Shown piece after piece: positions 14,428 to 27,400 of a stretch of 64,000 nt of DNA. A model generated the notes under the pieces. The model did not search any database. It was not told the DNA's origin and was given only the letters and a program-made list of their open reading frames with translations. Position numbers and translations under genes: made by a program. Source of the DNA: Octopus sinensis (lineage: Eukaryota); contig NC_043017.1 of assembly GCF_006345805.1 (NCBI RefSeq), positions 6,758,001 to 6,822,000 of the forward strand, read 5' to 3'. Position 1 is the stretch's first letter; each line of letters starts with the position of its first letter.

Positions 14428-14468
14428 TATATATATATATAGATATATATATATATATTATATATACA

Positions 14469-14519
<51 letters not shown>

Positions 14520-14608
14520 CTGTCAAATAATATGTGACAATTATTCAATAACCAAGGTCTCTTTCTTTCTTTTGTTTTCTTAATGTTTTTACCAACATAT
14601 ATATATAT

Positions 14609-14639
<31 letters not shown>

Positions 14640-14661
14640 CTGTGTGTGTGTGTATGGTATG

Positions 14662-14710
<49 letters not shown>

Positions 14711-15104
14711 GTGAAATAATATGTGACAATTATTCAATAACCAAGGTCTCTTTCTTTTGTTATCTTACTGTTTTTACCAATATGTGTGTGTGTATGGTAT
14801 GTATGTGTATATATATAGATATAGTATTTCAGGATGGTCACACCCTCACTATATATTTCTTCTTCACTCATTTACTGCTGTTCTTATTAATCAAATGTAT
14901 GTATATAGATGTCTTAATTTCAAACGAGGCTTACATAACACTTGAAAGTTCTGGTGTTATCACATTTGCAGAGTATGTGAGTCTGTATGAAAACAGAGTT
15001 TTAACACACACTGTATTTAAGTTCTTATCACGACATAAAATAAAGTGGATGTCATTTATCTCCCCTTTTGATTTCTAACATCATTTGATAAAAGCCAAGC
15101 AGAT

Positions 15105-15420
15105 AATAATAATAATAATAATAATTGTGTACAGTGCTCAGGTGCACTACAACTCATCTAAAGTGTATATATAATCAGGTGTAGTTTCGGCAGATTTCGA
15201 AAAGCATGAGGGCCTTAAAGGATGCAGTGTCATGGCAGTCAACAACTGACACAGGCAATTTAATCCATGCTTCAGCAACTCTGAGCGTGAAAAAATGTTT
15301 CCGAAAGTCATGGGAGCTGTGTTGTTTTCTGACTTTGTAGGCATGACCACGTGTGTTAGACACATGGAGATCAAAAAGGTGTTCAGTGTTGTTGTTGGGC
15401 TTGAATCAGCCAAGCTTTAC
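15105..15420 (-). mobile_element. CR1-type LINE 3' end with (TTA)n tail
   Basis: TRGHAYK...RKHFFTLRVAEAW.KLP. Confidence 0.8.
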
Positions 15421-15660
15421 CTGCTAGAAAGAGCAGCCTAAATGTTTTTAAATCAGATCCCAGTGCTGGATGTTCAAGAACCAAATGAAGGGTATATTTC
15501 GAATCTTGGGATCATCCTGATTCCAAAAAGGCTATAATGTGTCTATGTAGATCAAATGTAGGCTGAGATACAGGGGTTCCAGACAGATAGAATTTCACAT
15601 TTATTATTATAGATATCTTTTACTTAATACAATTCAATATTTAAGAGAAGAGGAATTATG

Positions 15661-15836
15661 TACATTATTTACATTATTTACATTGGATGGATATTTGTCC
15701 TCATCTTGTTTGTTGTTAACACAATGTTTCGGCTGATATACCCTCCAGCCTTCATCAGGTGTCTTGGGGAAATTTTGAACCTGGGTTCTCATTCCATTTT
15801 GATGTTATTATAATTATTATTATTCAGGTCTCTGCC
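15661..15836 (-). mobile_element. Headless inverted copy of the same SINE
   Basis: Reverse complement of about 15903-16077. Confidence 0.85.
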
Positions 15837-15839
15837 CAT

Positions 15840-16077
15840 GGGCATATGGTGTAGTGGTTAAGAGCGTGGGCTACTAACCCCAAGATTCTGAGTTCAATTC
15901 CAGGCAGTGACCTGAATAGTAATGATAATTATAACATTGAAAAATACCTTAGGAATGAGAACCCAGGTTCGAAATTTCCCCAAGACACCTGATGAAGGCT
16001 GGAGGCTATATCAGCTGAAACGTTGTGTTAACAACAGAAAAGATGAGGACAAATATCAGTCAATTGTAAATAATGTA
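15840..16077 (+). mobile_element. tRNA-headed SINE carrying a minimal hammerhead ribozyme motif
   Basis: A box tggtgtagtgg, B box gagttcaattcc; CTGATGA-A-ggctg..cagct-GAAA-cgtt motif at 15984-16029; (AAATAATGT) tail. Confidence 0.7.
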
Positions 16078-16750
16078 TATCTTTTACTTGTTTCAATCTT
16101 TTAAGTGGCCAAGCTGGAGCTTGGCCTCGAAGGGGATTTAGTGGAACAAGTTGATCCCTGAATTTATGTACTTTTTTCTAAAGCTGATACTTGTATGTGA
16201 GTGAGTATGAGTAGCAAGGGAATGTGCACCAGACAGAAAGAGTAACAAAGTGAAACTGAGCTTTGTCGGGCAGAGAGGTCAAAGGTCACATTTAGCTATG
16301 GTGTATGGGTGTGAGTATATACATACATACATACATATATATATATATATATCATCATCATCATCATCATCATCGTTTAGCGTCCGCTTTCCATGCTGGC
16401 ATGGGTTGGACGGTGCAACTGGGGTCTGGGAAGCCAGAAGGCTGCACCAGGCCCAGTCTGATCTGGCAATGTTTCAACGGCTGGATGCCCTTCCTAACGC
16501 CAACCACTCCATGAGTGTAGTGGGTGCTTTTTATGTGCCACCTGCACAGGTGCCAGACAAGTCTGGCAAACGGCCACGGTCGGATGGTGCTTTTTACGTG
16601 CCACCTGCACGGAGGCCAGGCGAGGCTGGCAAATGGCCACGATTGGATATATATATATATATTATTTATTTCATTATATGATCGAACGCCACGCATCCAT
16701 TTCCAACTATGTTTTATCTCTCAGTCTTTTTCTCTCTCTCTCTGTATATT

Positions 16751-16787
<37 letters not shown>

Positions 16788-16837
16788 TCCCTCTAAGTTG
16801 AGAGGTACACGCACTTACACACACGCCAGTAACTGCT

Positions 16838-17231
16838 AGGCATAGGAGTGGCTGTGTGGTAAGTAGCTTGTTTACAAATCACATGGTTTCTGAGTTAAGT
16901 CTCATTGCGTGGCACCTTGGGCAAGTGTCTTCTACTATAGCCTCGGGCCGACCAAAGCCTTGTGAGTGGATTTGGTTGACGGAAATTGAAAGAAGCCCGT
17001 CGTATAATGTATATATATATATATGTATGTGTGTGTGTATATGCTTGTCCCCCCAACATCACTTGACAACCGATGCTTGTGTGTTAAATCACTGTAACTT
17101 AGCGGTTCGGCAAAAGGGATCGATAGAATAAGTACTAGGCTTACAAAGAATAAGTCCTGGGGTCGGTCTGCTTGACTAAAGGCAGTGCTCCAGCATGGCC
17201 ACAGTCAAATGATTGAAACAAGTAAAAGAGT
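16838..17231 (+). mobile_element. SINE family A, full length
   Basis: Matches other copies end to end. Confidence 0.9.
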
Positions 17232-17259
17232 ATATATATATATATATATATATTAGTGT

Positions 17260-17316
<57 letters not shown>

Positions 17317-17464
17317 ATATGTTTGGGTGCCTTTGATGATGATGATGATGATGATAATGAATTTTTAAATGTTTCTAAAAATATTTTGATTGTCTTCTTT
17401 TCTAATTAATGAGCTCTTTTTCCTTTTCTTCTCTTTTTTTTCTCTGCTTTGTGTGTAATTTCAG

Positions 17465-17817
17465 ATCTTAGCACTCCTGCTACAACTGAAGCAACTTCGA
17501 GCACAGGACACCCAAGCTCCACTGCCGTTCCTCACACGTCTCTACCCCACACAGACACTACAGGTAATCATACAGGTAGTCCAGAGAAATCCACAGTTTC
17601 TCCTGTCACACCTGGTAACCATACAAACACAACACCTGGCCAGCACAGCACAGCTTCAACCAGTGTAGAACCTTCTACAACTGAAAAGAGCACCTTCGAC
17701 GGTGCTTCGTTTGGTGGTGGAATTGCCGCTGGTATTGCAATTGCAATCTTGCTTCTTTGCCTTCTCTATCTCTTCTATTACTGCCGCAAACCTAACCCAG
17801 CCTATGAGGAATGTTAA
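17465..17817 (+). CDS. CD164/endolyn/porimin-family mucin-TM-tail exon, copy A (about 145 aa with exon 1)
   Basis: Polypyrimidine tract plus tttcag acceptor; S/T/P-rich mucin stalk; FDGASFGGGIAAG motif like the FDxxSFxGG pre-TM motif of CD164/TMEM123/visgun; TM segment; short tail RKPNPAYEEC*. Confidence 0.88.
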
Positions 17818-18270
17818 GACACATTTCGACTGTCATCCGTACCTCACAAGAATTCGCTGTTTGATATTGGTACTGGTGCTTATGCAATGCTCTCTCTTTC
17901 AGCAGACATTACTCAAACAAAGAAACGACCGAAATGATAAGTGAAGAAGACTTTCCGGTGATATTTTTCTGTAATTTTTTTTTATTGAAAATTGGAAAAC
18001 ACATACAACAAAAATAAAAAGGAAAGAAAAAAAAAACAGAAACAACAAAAAGTTCAACAAAGTATCGAATCAAAAAAGGAAAAAAATCCAGCTTTTCAAC
18101 AAAGTTTATATCTATATCTACACAAATAACCATAGTACAAACACATAGATTCACACCATCTGACATCATAGACTTTTACCTTTCTATATCAAAACCCTTC
18201 TTCCTGAAGGCCTTAAATTTTGCTAAACAATGCTAATTTGGTATATATATACATATATACATAATACATA

Positions 18271-18326
<56 letters not shown>

Positions 18327-19087
18327 ATATATATATATAATATATATATATATGTATATATAATATATGTATATATACATATATGCATATATACATATAT
18401 ATATATATATATATAATATATAATATATACATAATATATATATTAAAATTAAATAAGGGTAGAAATTGATATTAATCAATTAAAACAGTAGCTTAACATA
18501 TTTTTAAAATCCGAAGATTAAAAATTGTTTATATTCTAAATTTTGTGTATATTATATATATATATATATATATAGATATATATATATATAGATATATATA
18601 TATATCTCGCATGTTATTTGTGATTATATTTGCATTCATAGTGTGATTACAATACAAGCCGTAATATCCATGGATATTACAGTAAGTCATGATACATATC
18701 AGCCATCTTATCATAGTTGGAAAAAACAGATATTTAACTGAAGGATGTCTATCAATTTTCACTGACCAAATTCTTCAGTGAGATATGAGGGTAGTCCTGT
18801 GTGTATTTGGACTCATGAGCTATGACACTATATCACCTGATGAAAGAATGCATGAATAACAACATACTGTAATATCCACAGATATTACAAATTATATTGT
18901 AGCCTTCCAATGGATGCAGATTATAGTGTCACAAGTAGCATAGGATTTGTGGAAATGTGCGTAGTGATGCATTACGATATTTATGAAATTCCATCTTTGG
19001 TTTATTATTTTTATCATTATATATAACATATATATGTCTATATATATATATAAATGTCTATATATATATATATTATATATATATATA

Positions 19088-19124
<37 letters not shown>

Positions 19125-19598
19125 ATTTGGTAGATAGATTGATAGATAGACAGACAAACAGGCAGACAGGTAGACAGACATAGATAGTTCAAAGATGCAA
19201 TAGAGGTAGAATCAACAAAAGAAAAATAGTAATCCATCCAGTGAGAGATAAACATCAATTTAAATACACAACCAAAATAGCTATTTATAGTGTCATGCTT
19301 TTATGATACCTGAACAGGTGCATTTATAAAATACGCCATGAAACTACTAGTAGCTCTTTCGGTTGTTTATTTAAATTGATGTGTATGTATATATATATAT
19401 ATATTATAGTGTCACAAGCATCATAGGATTTGTGGAAATGTGCGTAGTGATACATTAAAAAATCTTGCACAACAAATATTTAAACGTATATATATATATC
19501 AATTTATATAAATAAGGATAAGATTGATATTTAAAATACTGATCTTATCAGGTGGCCAACATGGGAATAAAAACCTTTCAAAGGTAATAATTATTTAA

Positions 19599-19827
19599 AA
19601 TTATAATTTAGGGTATCTAAGAGATACCACCATGCTTGAAATAGCAGTCAAAATCTTGACTCTAAAACCACATTAAATGTTCATATAGCACCAGGAGAGA
19701 AGACACAGACACAAAATAAACTAGCAAAAATTACCGGTGCTATATGAACATTTAATGTGGTTTTAGAGTCAAGTTTTGACTGCTATTTCAAGCGTGGGGG
19801 TATCTCTTAGATACCCTAATTATAATT
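19599..19827. repeat. Inverted repeat, about 93-bp arms and 43-nt spacer
   Basis: tagggtatctaagagatacc...catatagcacc / ggtgctatatg...ggtatctcttagatacccta. Confidence 0.9.
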
Positions 19828-19870
19828 ATATGTATATATATTATATATATATATATATTTTACTCCCTAA

Positions 19871-19941
<71 letters not shown>

Positions 19942-20267
19942 GTTATATATATATATGTATGTGTATATATATATTATATATATATACATACACACACACA
20001 GAGTAGTATAGCTAGGTGCTGAGGAAGTGGGACCTAATCTAAACCACCGATTGTATACGAAGTTATTGCTTAAATACCTACTAGGTTTTGTTGCATGGAT
20101 AGCTGTACCATTTGCATATTAAACATTCCTGGCAACTGTTATATATATATATTAATTATTGCATAGTAGCTAACGATAGATATTTTGTCCAAAATGTTTA
20201 TATATTGTGATAAGAAATATTTTGGAACAGCAATTTTAACACAAACATTTCTTTCCCAAAAGATAAT

Positions 20268-20345
20268 GTCACAGATATGTGGATTAATAAAATAAGGTTG
20301 ATTAACCCAATCAATGTGGTCATATTTTCTCTTCATTTATTTATT
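20268..20345 (+). terminator. Putative polyadenylation region of sialomucin exon A (AATAAA at 20286)
   Basis: gtcacagatatgtggattAATAAAataaggttgat followed by a T-rich tract; homologous block at 24379-24460. Confidence 0.55.
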
Positions 20346-20674
20346 TGCTCCTTTTTTATTCTATTTTATTTTATTTTATTTTATTTTATTTTGTTTTGTA
20401 AATTTCTGGAATGTCTTCAGCTGATATGTAGCATGTCTTGTCGACAATTGGAAATTTGGACAAAATTTCTAGCTGATTTAATCCCAGTATGTCATATACA
20501 CAGATAAAAATACATATATAGAAATATACATACATGCATACATACATACATACATACATGCATACATACATACATACATACATACATACATACATACATA
20601 CATACATACATACATACATACATACATGCATGCATGCATGCATGCATACATACATACTTATATACATGTATATA

Positions 20675-20705
<31 letters not shown>

Positions 20706-20989
20706 TATGTGTGTATTATAATATATATATATATAATATATAATATATATATATAATATTATATATATATATTATATATATAATATATATATATATATAT
20801 ACATACATATATATAGAATAGATATAATCATTTCTAAAAAAACATAAATCTGTATGAAGAAGCACACTCTAAGATGTAGAGCAGTATATATTATATATAT
20901 ATATATATAATTATATATATTATGTATATTACACCACACATATATAATGTATTTATGTCAGTATATATGCCTATCTATCTATGTATCTA

Positions 20990-21054
<65 letters not shown>

Positions 21055-22504
21055 AAGAGAAAGAGAGAGAGAGAAAATGAAATTACTTGTTATAGTCAGT
21101 AGATTGTGGACATGCTGTAGCACTGTTTTTAAGAGTTTTAGTTCGCTTCCACACAGTTTCCACACAGTTCCCATCTACCCAATTGACTCACAAGGCATTG
21201 GTTTGTCGAGAGTCATAGAAGAAATGATTTGCCAGAGCTACCATGCTGTAGGACTGAAACAGAAACCATGTGCTTGCCAAATGAACTTCTGTACATTGTA
21301 CTTATGTATATATGTATGTATGTTAAAAGAAACATACTGAAGGTGATTTATTTGACTAAAGAAACAAAAGCCCTTCAAGGTGGTGCTCCAGCATGGCCAT
21401 AGTTCAATAGCTGAAACAAGTATAAGAAGAGTCCATATTTATATTCTACTGCATTAAGGATGCATTCCAGCTTATTTTTTTCCAATTGGTTTTGTATGCA
21501 TGAGTTAGGTGATAACCTAAGATGGTGCTCATCAGAGTGGTTGCTTGGGAAAATTTAATGATTGTACTCTGCTTTTGGAGGCAAGCAATATCACTTCCAA
21601 TCTGTGAGTACTATGTTTTAAAAAAAAAGACGAGAAGGTTAGAGGGCAATACATCAAGAGTTATGCCCCCTTGTACAAAAGAAAAAATAGGGTAAAGTAC
21701 CTTCATGGTGTGAGGAGTAACTGCTAGTAAAGTGGGGTTGTGGCTTGAGTGTGGGTGGTGTGATGTTGATATGTGTGCAAAGTGTTTGTGTGCAGAAAGA
21801 GAGACTGGGGTGGGTGTCACAACTTAAAACCACGTTGGGTGTGATAATGATTGTGTTGAACACTCAAACTGTTGTGACGTGAAGTATCTATAGTTAAAGT
21901 TCTAACAATTATATTCATAATGCAGTCAGCAGGTAACTAATCCTATATTTCATTTCATGTGAGCAAGGAAAGAAGACATATTTGCAGTTTAGGTAGGTGT
22001 TCAGGTGAATAGAGTTCTTTGCTATAGTTTTTTTCTTCTACTAGGCATAGACTGCACCTCCTGCAACTATTAAAGTAAGGTTTGAACCTCTCTAGCATTC
22101 TCCACTAGACATTCATGGCTCTTTCCTTCAATGACCATGCATGCCTAGCCAAGGCTGTGACATTTTGCCTCTCTTAAGTATTCAAGAAGACTTACGGTCA
22201 TTGGATCTGGTACTGAAGGGATATTCTAACATATCCACATATCTTTGCATGTCTGTTTGCTTGCTAAGCTTCTTTGACATCATCTTTGCCTCAAATACAA
22301 CAGTCTTTGTGCTGCATTGGCTAGTTAGTGGACATGTGGTGTTGCCTCTACATGTGCATCCTGCCTTTTTACACTAGGCAAAAAGTTAAAGAAACTCTTA
22401 AGGTATGTCTATTAAATATTTTCATAAAATTATGGAAATATTTTTTGTTCCTTATTTTTTAACAAGTCTTAATAAGTCTTTATTTGTTTCTTGTATAATT
22501 TCAG

Positions 22505-23025
22505 AGAAAAGTACTTCTGTTATATCTACTGAACATTCTCCTTCAATCACAACCGCAAGACTTACCACTGCACATTTAATATCAACAACTGATGTTCATA
22601 CGGAGACCACAGATCACAAGACAACACACACAGCCAGCACACATCATGATGTTACCACTACTGCCCATGGGAACCATACAGATGATCCAACACAGTCTAC
22701 AAGTTCTCCAGGTAACCATTCGACTGCTACACCTGGAAATCACACAACACCCACTCCTGGAAACCACACAACACCCACTCCTGGAAACCACACAACACCC
22801 ATTCCTGGAAACCACACAACAGCTACTCCGGGACATGAAACAACTAACCACAAGACTACAGTCACAAGCAGTGTAGCGCCGGGTACAACTGAAAAGAGCT
22901 CATTTGATGGTGGTTCGTTTGGTGGTGGAATTGCAGCAGGCATTGCTATTGCAATCTTGCTTCTGGCTCTCATCTATCTCTTCTACCGTTTCCGTAAACC
23001 TACACCAGACTATGAACAGTTATAA
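22505..23025 (+). CDS. CD164/endolyn/porimin-family mucin-TM-tail exon, copy B (about 201 aa if joined to exon 1)
   Basis: tttcag acceptor, phase 1; T/H-rich stalk with PGNHTT repeats; FDGGSFGGGIAAGIAIAILLL TM nearly identical to copy A; tail RKPTPDYEQL* with terminal YxxL. Confidence 0.88.
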
Positions 23026-23298
23026 GGTAAACCGTGTGGCACTTTTGCTCAAAAAACTTCACTGCTGACACTTATTGCCTTCCAGTCAATGCTCAAGAAC
23101 AAGATGATTTGTTAAATTTTATACATGAAAGGTTCTGGTGAAAATTTGGTTGGTAAAAAAAAAAAACAAAAAAAAAATGAAAGAAAGAAAGAAAGAGAGG
23201 AAACACCAACTACAAAAAAAATGAAAACCACAAAACTACAGCTTCTTTGCCAAATATAATCCACACAAATCTTCTATATATGTATGTATATGTATGTA

Positions 23299-23357
<59 letters not shown>

Positions 23358-24378
23358 TATATATATTATATATATATATATACATAAATATAAGAGAGTG
23401 ACCACCATGTGGTCTACTCTAGCACTAAAAATAGATCCGCAAGGTTTCAGCCACAAAAGCAATTGTTTCCGATGAAAGTTAACACTACTACCAGCGCAAA
23501 TGAACAGATTAGTTCGATTAGTTCATTTGCGCTGGTAGTAGTTAATGATTGATAACTAATGATTGATAGCTAATGATTGATAACTATTACTAAATAGCAT
23601 GTGGCATTTAAGATGCATGTTTTTTTTTTTTTTCTGTTTACCAAAGATTATAAAAAGGGGTCTAAAATATCCCTCTGGGTCTTCTTTGTGAAGTTGGGTC
23701 CTCCCTTGAGCTGATTTTGTCCCTGCAGCATCCCTTCTCTTCAATATCATCATTGACCGGTCGTGCTGCTTGCTTGGATTCTTGTGACTCCCTCGGTCAC
23801 CTCCCACCCCAATTCTATTTTTCATATTTGAATTGGGAGCTTGAGTCATGATGACTCCTTCATTAGCTAATTACACAGCCAAGGATGGACATCACCCCCT
23901 AGGACACATTGTAGTTACTCTCTTGATAGAGCTTGTTGATCCTGATTATTCATCTTCTGGGATTCCTTTGCTCAGCACCAATGTAATGACCTCTATCGGC
24001 TCAGTTGAGCTCTTCCACTGCTTCTTCACAACCCACCATGCTGCAGTCCCACGACTTAGCTGTCTCCCTGGTAGAGTGGCTGAACAGGTGCTGTACCTTA
24101 CCAATATGCATTGCCTTGCCAATATCTTATTCCAAACCAATATGTTATGCCTTGAATATGAGCTACCCATGCATCTTTTATGCCATCAAATACAGAAATT
24201 ATGATAGATACTATGCCATAACTGATAAAAAAACAAAACTGCATATTCTTATTTAACTAGTACTGTATAATAACTTTTCATAGAATATTGTAGTAAGAAA
24301 CATCTTTGAGCAAGTTTTAAGGAAAATTAAGGAAAAATGGAATTTAACTATTATGTTATTTCTTTGCAAAAACATTTT

Positions 24379-24460
24379 GTCACAGATGTGTGGATTAATA
24401 AAATAAGGTTGATAAAACAAATTAATTATGGTCGTATTTTCTGTTTTATTTTTCTGTTTT
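24379..24460 (+). terminator. Putative polyadenylation region of sialomucin exon B (AATAAA at 24397)
   Basis: gtcacagatgtgtggattAATAAAataaggttgat, paralogous to the block downstream of exon A. Confidence 0.55.
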
Positions 24461-27400
24461 TATTTATTTGTTTGTTTATTTATTTATTTATTTATTTATC
24501 TATTCATTTAATTATTTATTTATGCTCAGTCCAGGTTTGACTGAGATTAAGAAGCTTGCTATGTAGGTAAGGGTTTAATCTCACTATATGACCCCTTGGG
24601 TATATGTGTTCTACTCTTGCCCCCTGGTCAACCAAATTCACTCACCAGGCATTGTTTGGTCAGGACCAATAGTAGAAGACCCAAAGGCAGTGAGCTGGCA
24701 GAAACAATAGCACGCTTAGCAGTATTTCGTCTGTCTTTATGTTCTGAGTTCAAATTCTGCTGAGGTCGACTTTGCCTTTCATCCTTTCAGGGTTGATAAA
24801 TTAAGTACCAGTTGTGTACTGGGGTTGATCTAATCGACTGGCACCCCTCCCTCAAATTTTCAGGCCTTGTGCCTAGAGTAGGAAAGAATAGTAGAAAACA
24901 CATGCTCGAAGTGCCAGGCAGTGGGACTGAACCTGGAACCATATGACTGCAAAGCACTCTTATATACAAAATGGTATATACCCAGGCAGTTGGCCCAGTC
25001 ATGGCTGCAGGGTGACTGAATTTCCTTCTCAATCCCATGGGTTTGTGTTCAATCCTACTTCAGAGCACCTCAGACAAGTGTCTTCTACTATTGCCCTGGG
25101 TCAACCAAAGCCTTGCAAGTGGATTTAGAAGACAGAAACTATAAGAAGCCCATCCTTGTTTTTCTAATTACCATCCTGCCATGCACTTGAACACATACAT
25201 AACAAATAATGTTTCCTGGTCTTATTGTTTTGGGACAGTCAACAATTGGAAGTATTCACCCAGGGTACCCAGCCAGGGCTGATCCAGGCCTAGCATGTAT
25301 CCAGTTCACATCACCCCTGGTAGCATTGCCCTCTGCCAGAATCTACCCCACCAAAACCTTAACCACCTTGAGGTAAGCTTCACCGTTTAGCTGGGGCGGT
25401 TATAAAGTCTCTCTTGGTTTACTACAGAATCTCGCATACCTATTTCTCTATACCCACAAGGGGCTAAACACAGAGGGGACAAACAAGGACAGACACACGG
25501 ATTAAGTCGATTATATCGACCCCCAGTGCATAACTGGTACTTAATTTATCGACCCTGAAAGGATGAAAGGCAAAGTCGACCTCGGCGTAATTTGAACTCT
25601 GAATGTAATGGCAGACGAAATACTGCTAAGTATTTCGTCCGGTGTGCTAACGTTTCTGCCAGCTCGCCGCATACCATCATATAACATGTGCTGCGTGTTA
25701 ACTCATGGAAATAGTACAAGAAACAGACTTTAAAATAACAGTGAGACGTTATTCCTCTGCTAAATAATACAGTGGACAAAAAAAAAAAACATCATGGATT
25801 CTGATGGTTGTATAGTTCATCCATCATTTTGATAATTCAGCTCTGGCCATTGATGGTTACAACTGCTTCATTATGACAGCAGGAAAATGTCATGATGCAT
25901 CCTCTTGGAATCTTCTCACCTGTCTGTCATAGAGGTTTTGTTAAGGCCATATAAAGAAAGATGTAGGCCCCCAGCAACAGCCCAGGTTGGATATTTAGAA
26001 AGTATTACAAACGTGATTGCATCCAAGATCCTCATCCTGTGTAAATACTTGACCAATCAAAATAGAAGATCCAACCAAATGTTCCAAACTCCGGTGATTG
26101 GTCAAACGATCAATAATTAAAGATTAATATGTGGAGACTGTTTAAAATGTCACAACAGTAATGGGTCTCACTGCAGCTGTATCCTAGGGGCCAACTTGTT
26201 GGCCTTTGGCCTATTGGCCCCTAGGATGCCCAACATGTGTATGTTCCTCAGAGGGGAATGGTATAACTTAAAATTTCCAAAATAAAATAGTAATAAATAG
26301 AAGTATATTAGTATTGAGGCGTAGGTGTTGCTGCTTGGTAAGAAATTTGCTTTCGACCACATGATTCCGAGTTCCAGCCCACAGAGTGGCGCCTTCAGCA
26401 AGTATCTTCTGCTATAGCCTCATGCTAATCCTAGCCTTGTGGGTAGACGGAAACTGAAAGAACCTATTTGCACGTGCGCGCGTGCGTGTGTGTCCCTTGT
26501 CACTGCTTGACAACCAGTGCTGGCGTGTTAACGTCCCTGTAACATAGCAGTTCACCAAAAGGATATCGATAGAACAAATACCAGGCTTTTTTTAAAAAAA
26601 CAAAAGCACTAGAATAAGGGTCGATTTGTTTGAACAAAGCTTTTCAAAGCAGTGCCCCAGCATGGCCGCAAGCTAATGACTGAAGCAAGTGAAAAGCGAA
26701 AAGATTAAAGAATAAAGAAAAGTAAATAAAAGTGACGTAGAGGGGGGTGTAGCTTAGAAGTTTATTGACAGAACAAACAGTATTGATTCCAGGGGAAACA
26801 ATTCAAGGGGAGTAACTCTTAACAAATGGTTAATACATTTATTATTTGGTATACAAAGAATAGTGTCTCTTTTACCGACGTATTTTCATGTCATAAAATG
26901 TATCAAAAACAGTTGCCTTGCTTCAAATGCAGCCGTATTATGATGGGAGACCAAGTGTTCTACAGGAAAATTCTCTGAGAAAGATGAAAGAAATGTTAAA
27001 TTTTCATCTGCCTGTCAGCAGATAACATCTAAGTTCAGCATGCTAATGATTCTGCCAGTTGCGGAGAGCACAGGTAATGATAATGGTAAAAATAATTCTT
27101 ACGAGGCCCCACCTGCAAGGTTATGCGCTATTTATCTTCATATGTGACCATCATGTTGTACACACATGGTTGAGATACGTATGACTGTTGTACCCTTATC
27201 AGACAGATAGTCACGAAGGGTATACTGGGCTTTGTATATTTGTACCCCAGTATCACTTCCATGGCACGTACTGCTCTCACTCAATAATAATAATAATAAT
27301 AATAATGATAATAATAATAATAATAATAATGGTTTCAAATTTTGTCAAAATGGCATTTTGGGGGAGGGGGCTAGTCGATTGCATCAATACTTGATTTATC

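Noticed and set aside
15840-15910. tRNA-like sequences here and at 31636, 43660 and 60330
   Set aside because: No complete cloverleaf; they continue into SINE bodies, so they are not tRNA genes
21068-21340. MKLLVIVSRLWTCC... as a signal peptide for exon B
   Set aside because: No donor site; runs into a degenerate SINE
25232-25371. Open frame ending in a G|GTAAGC donor on +
   Set aside because: Weak acceptor, no homology and no partner exons identified
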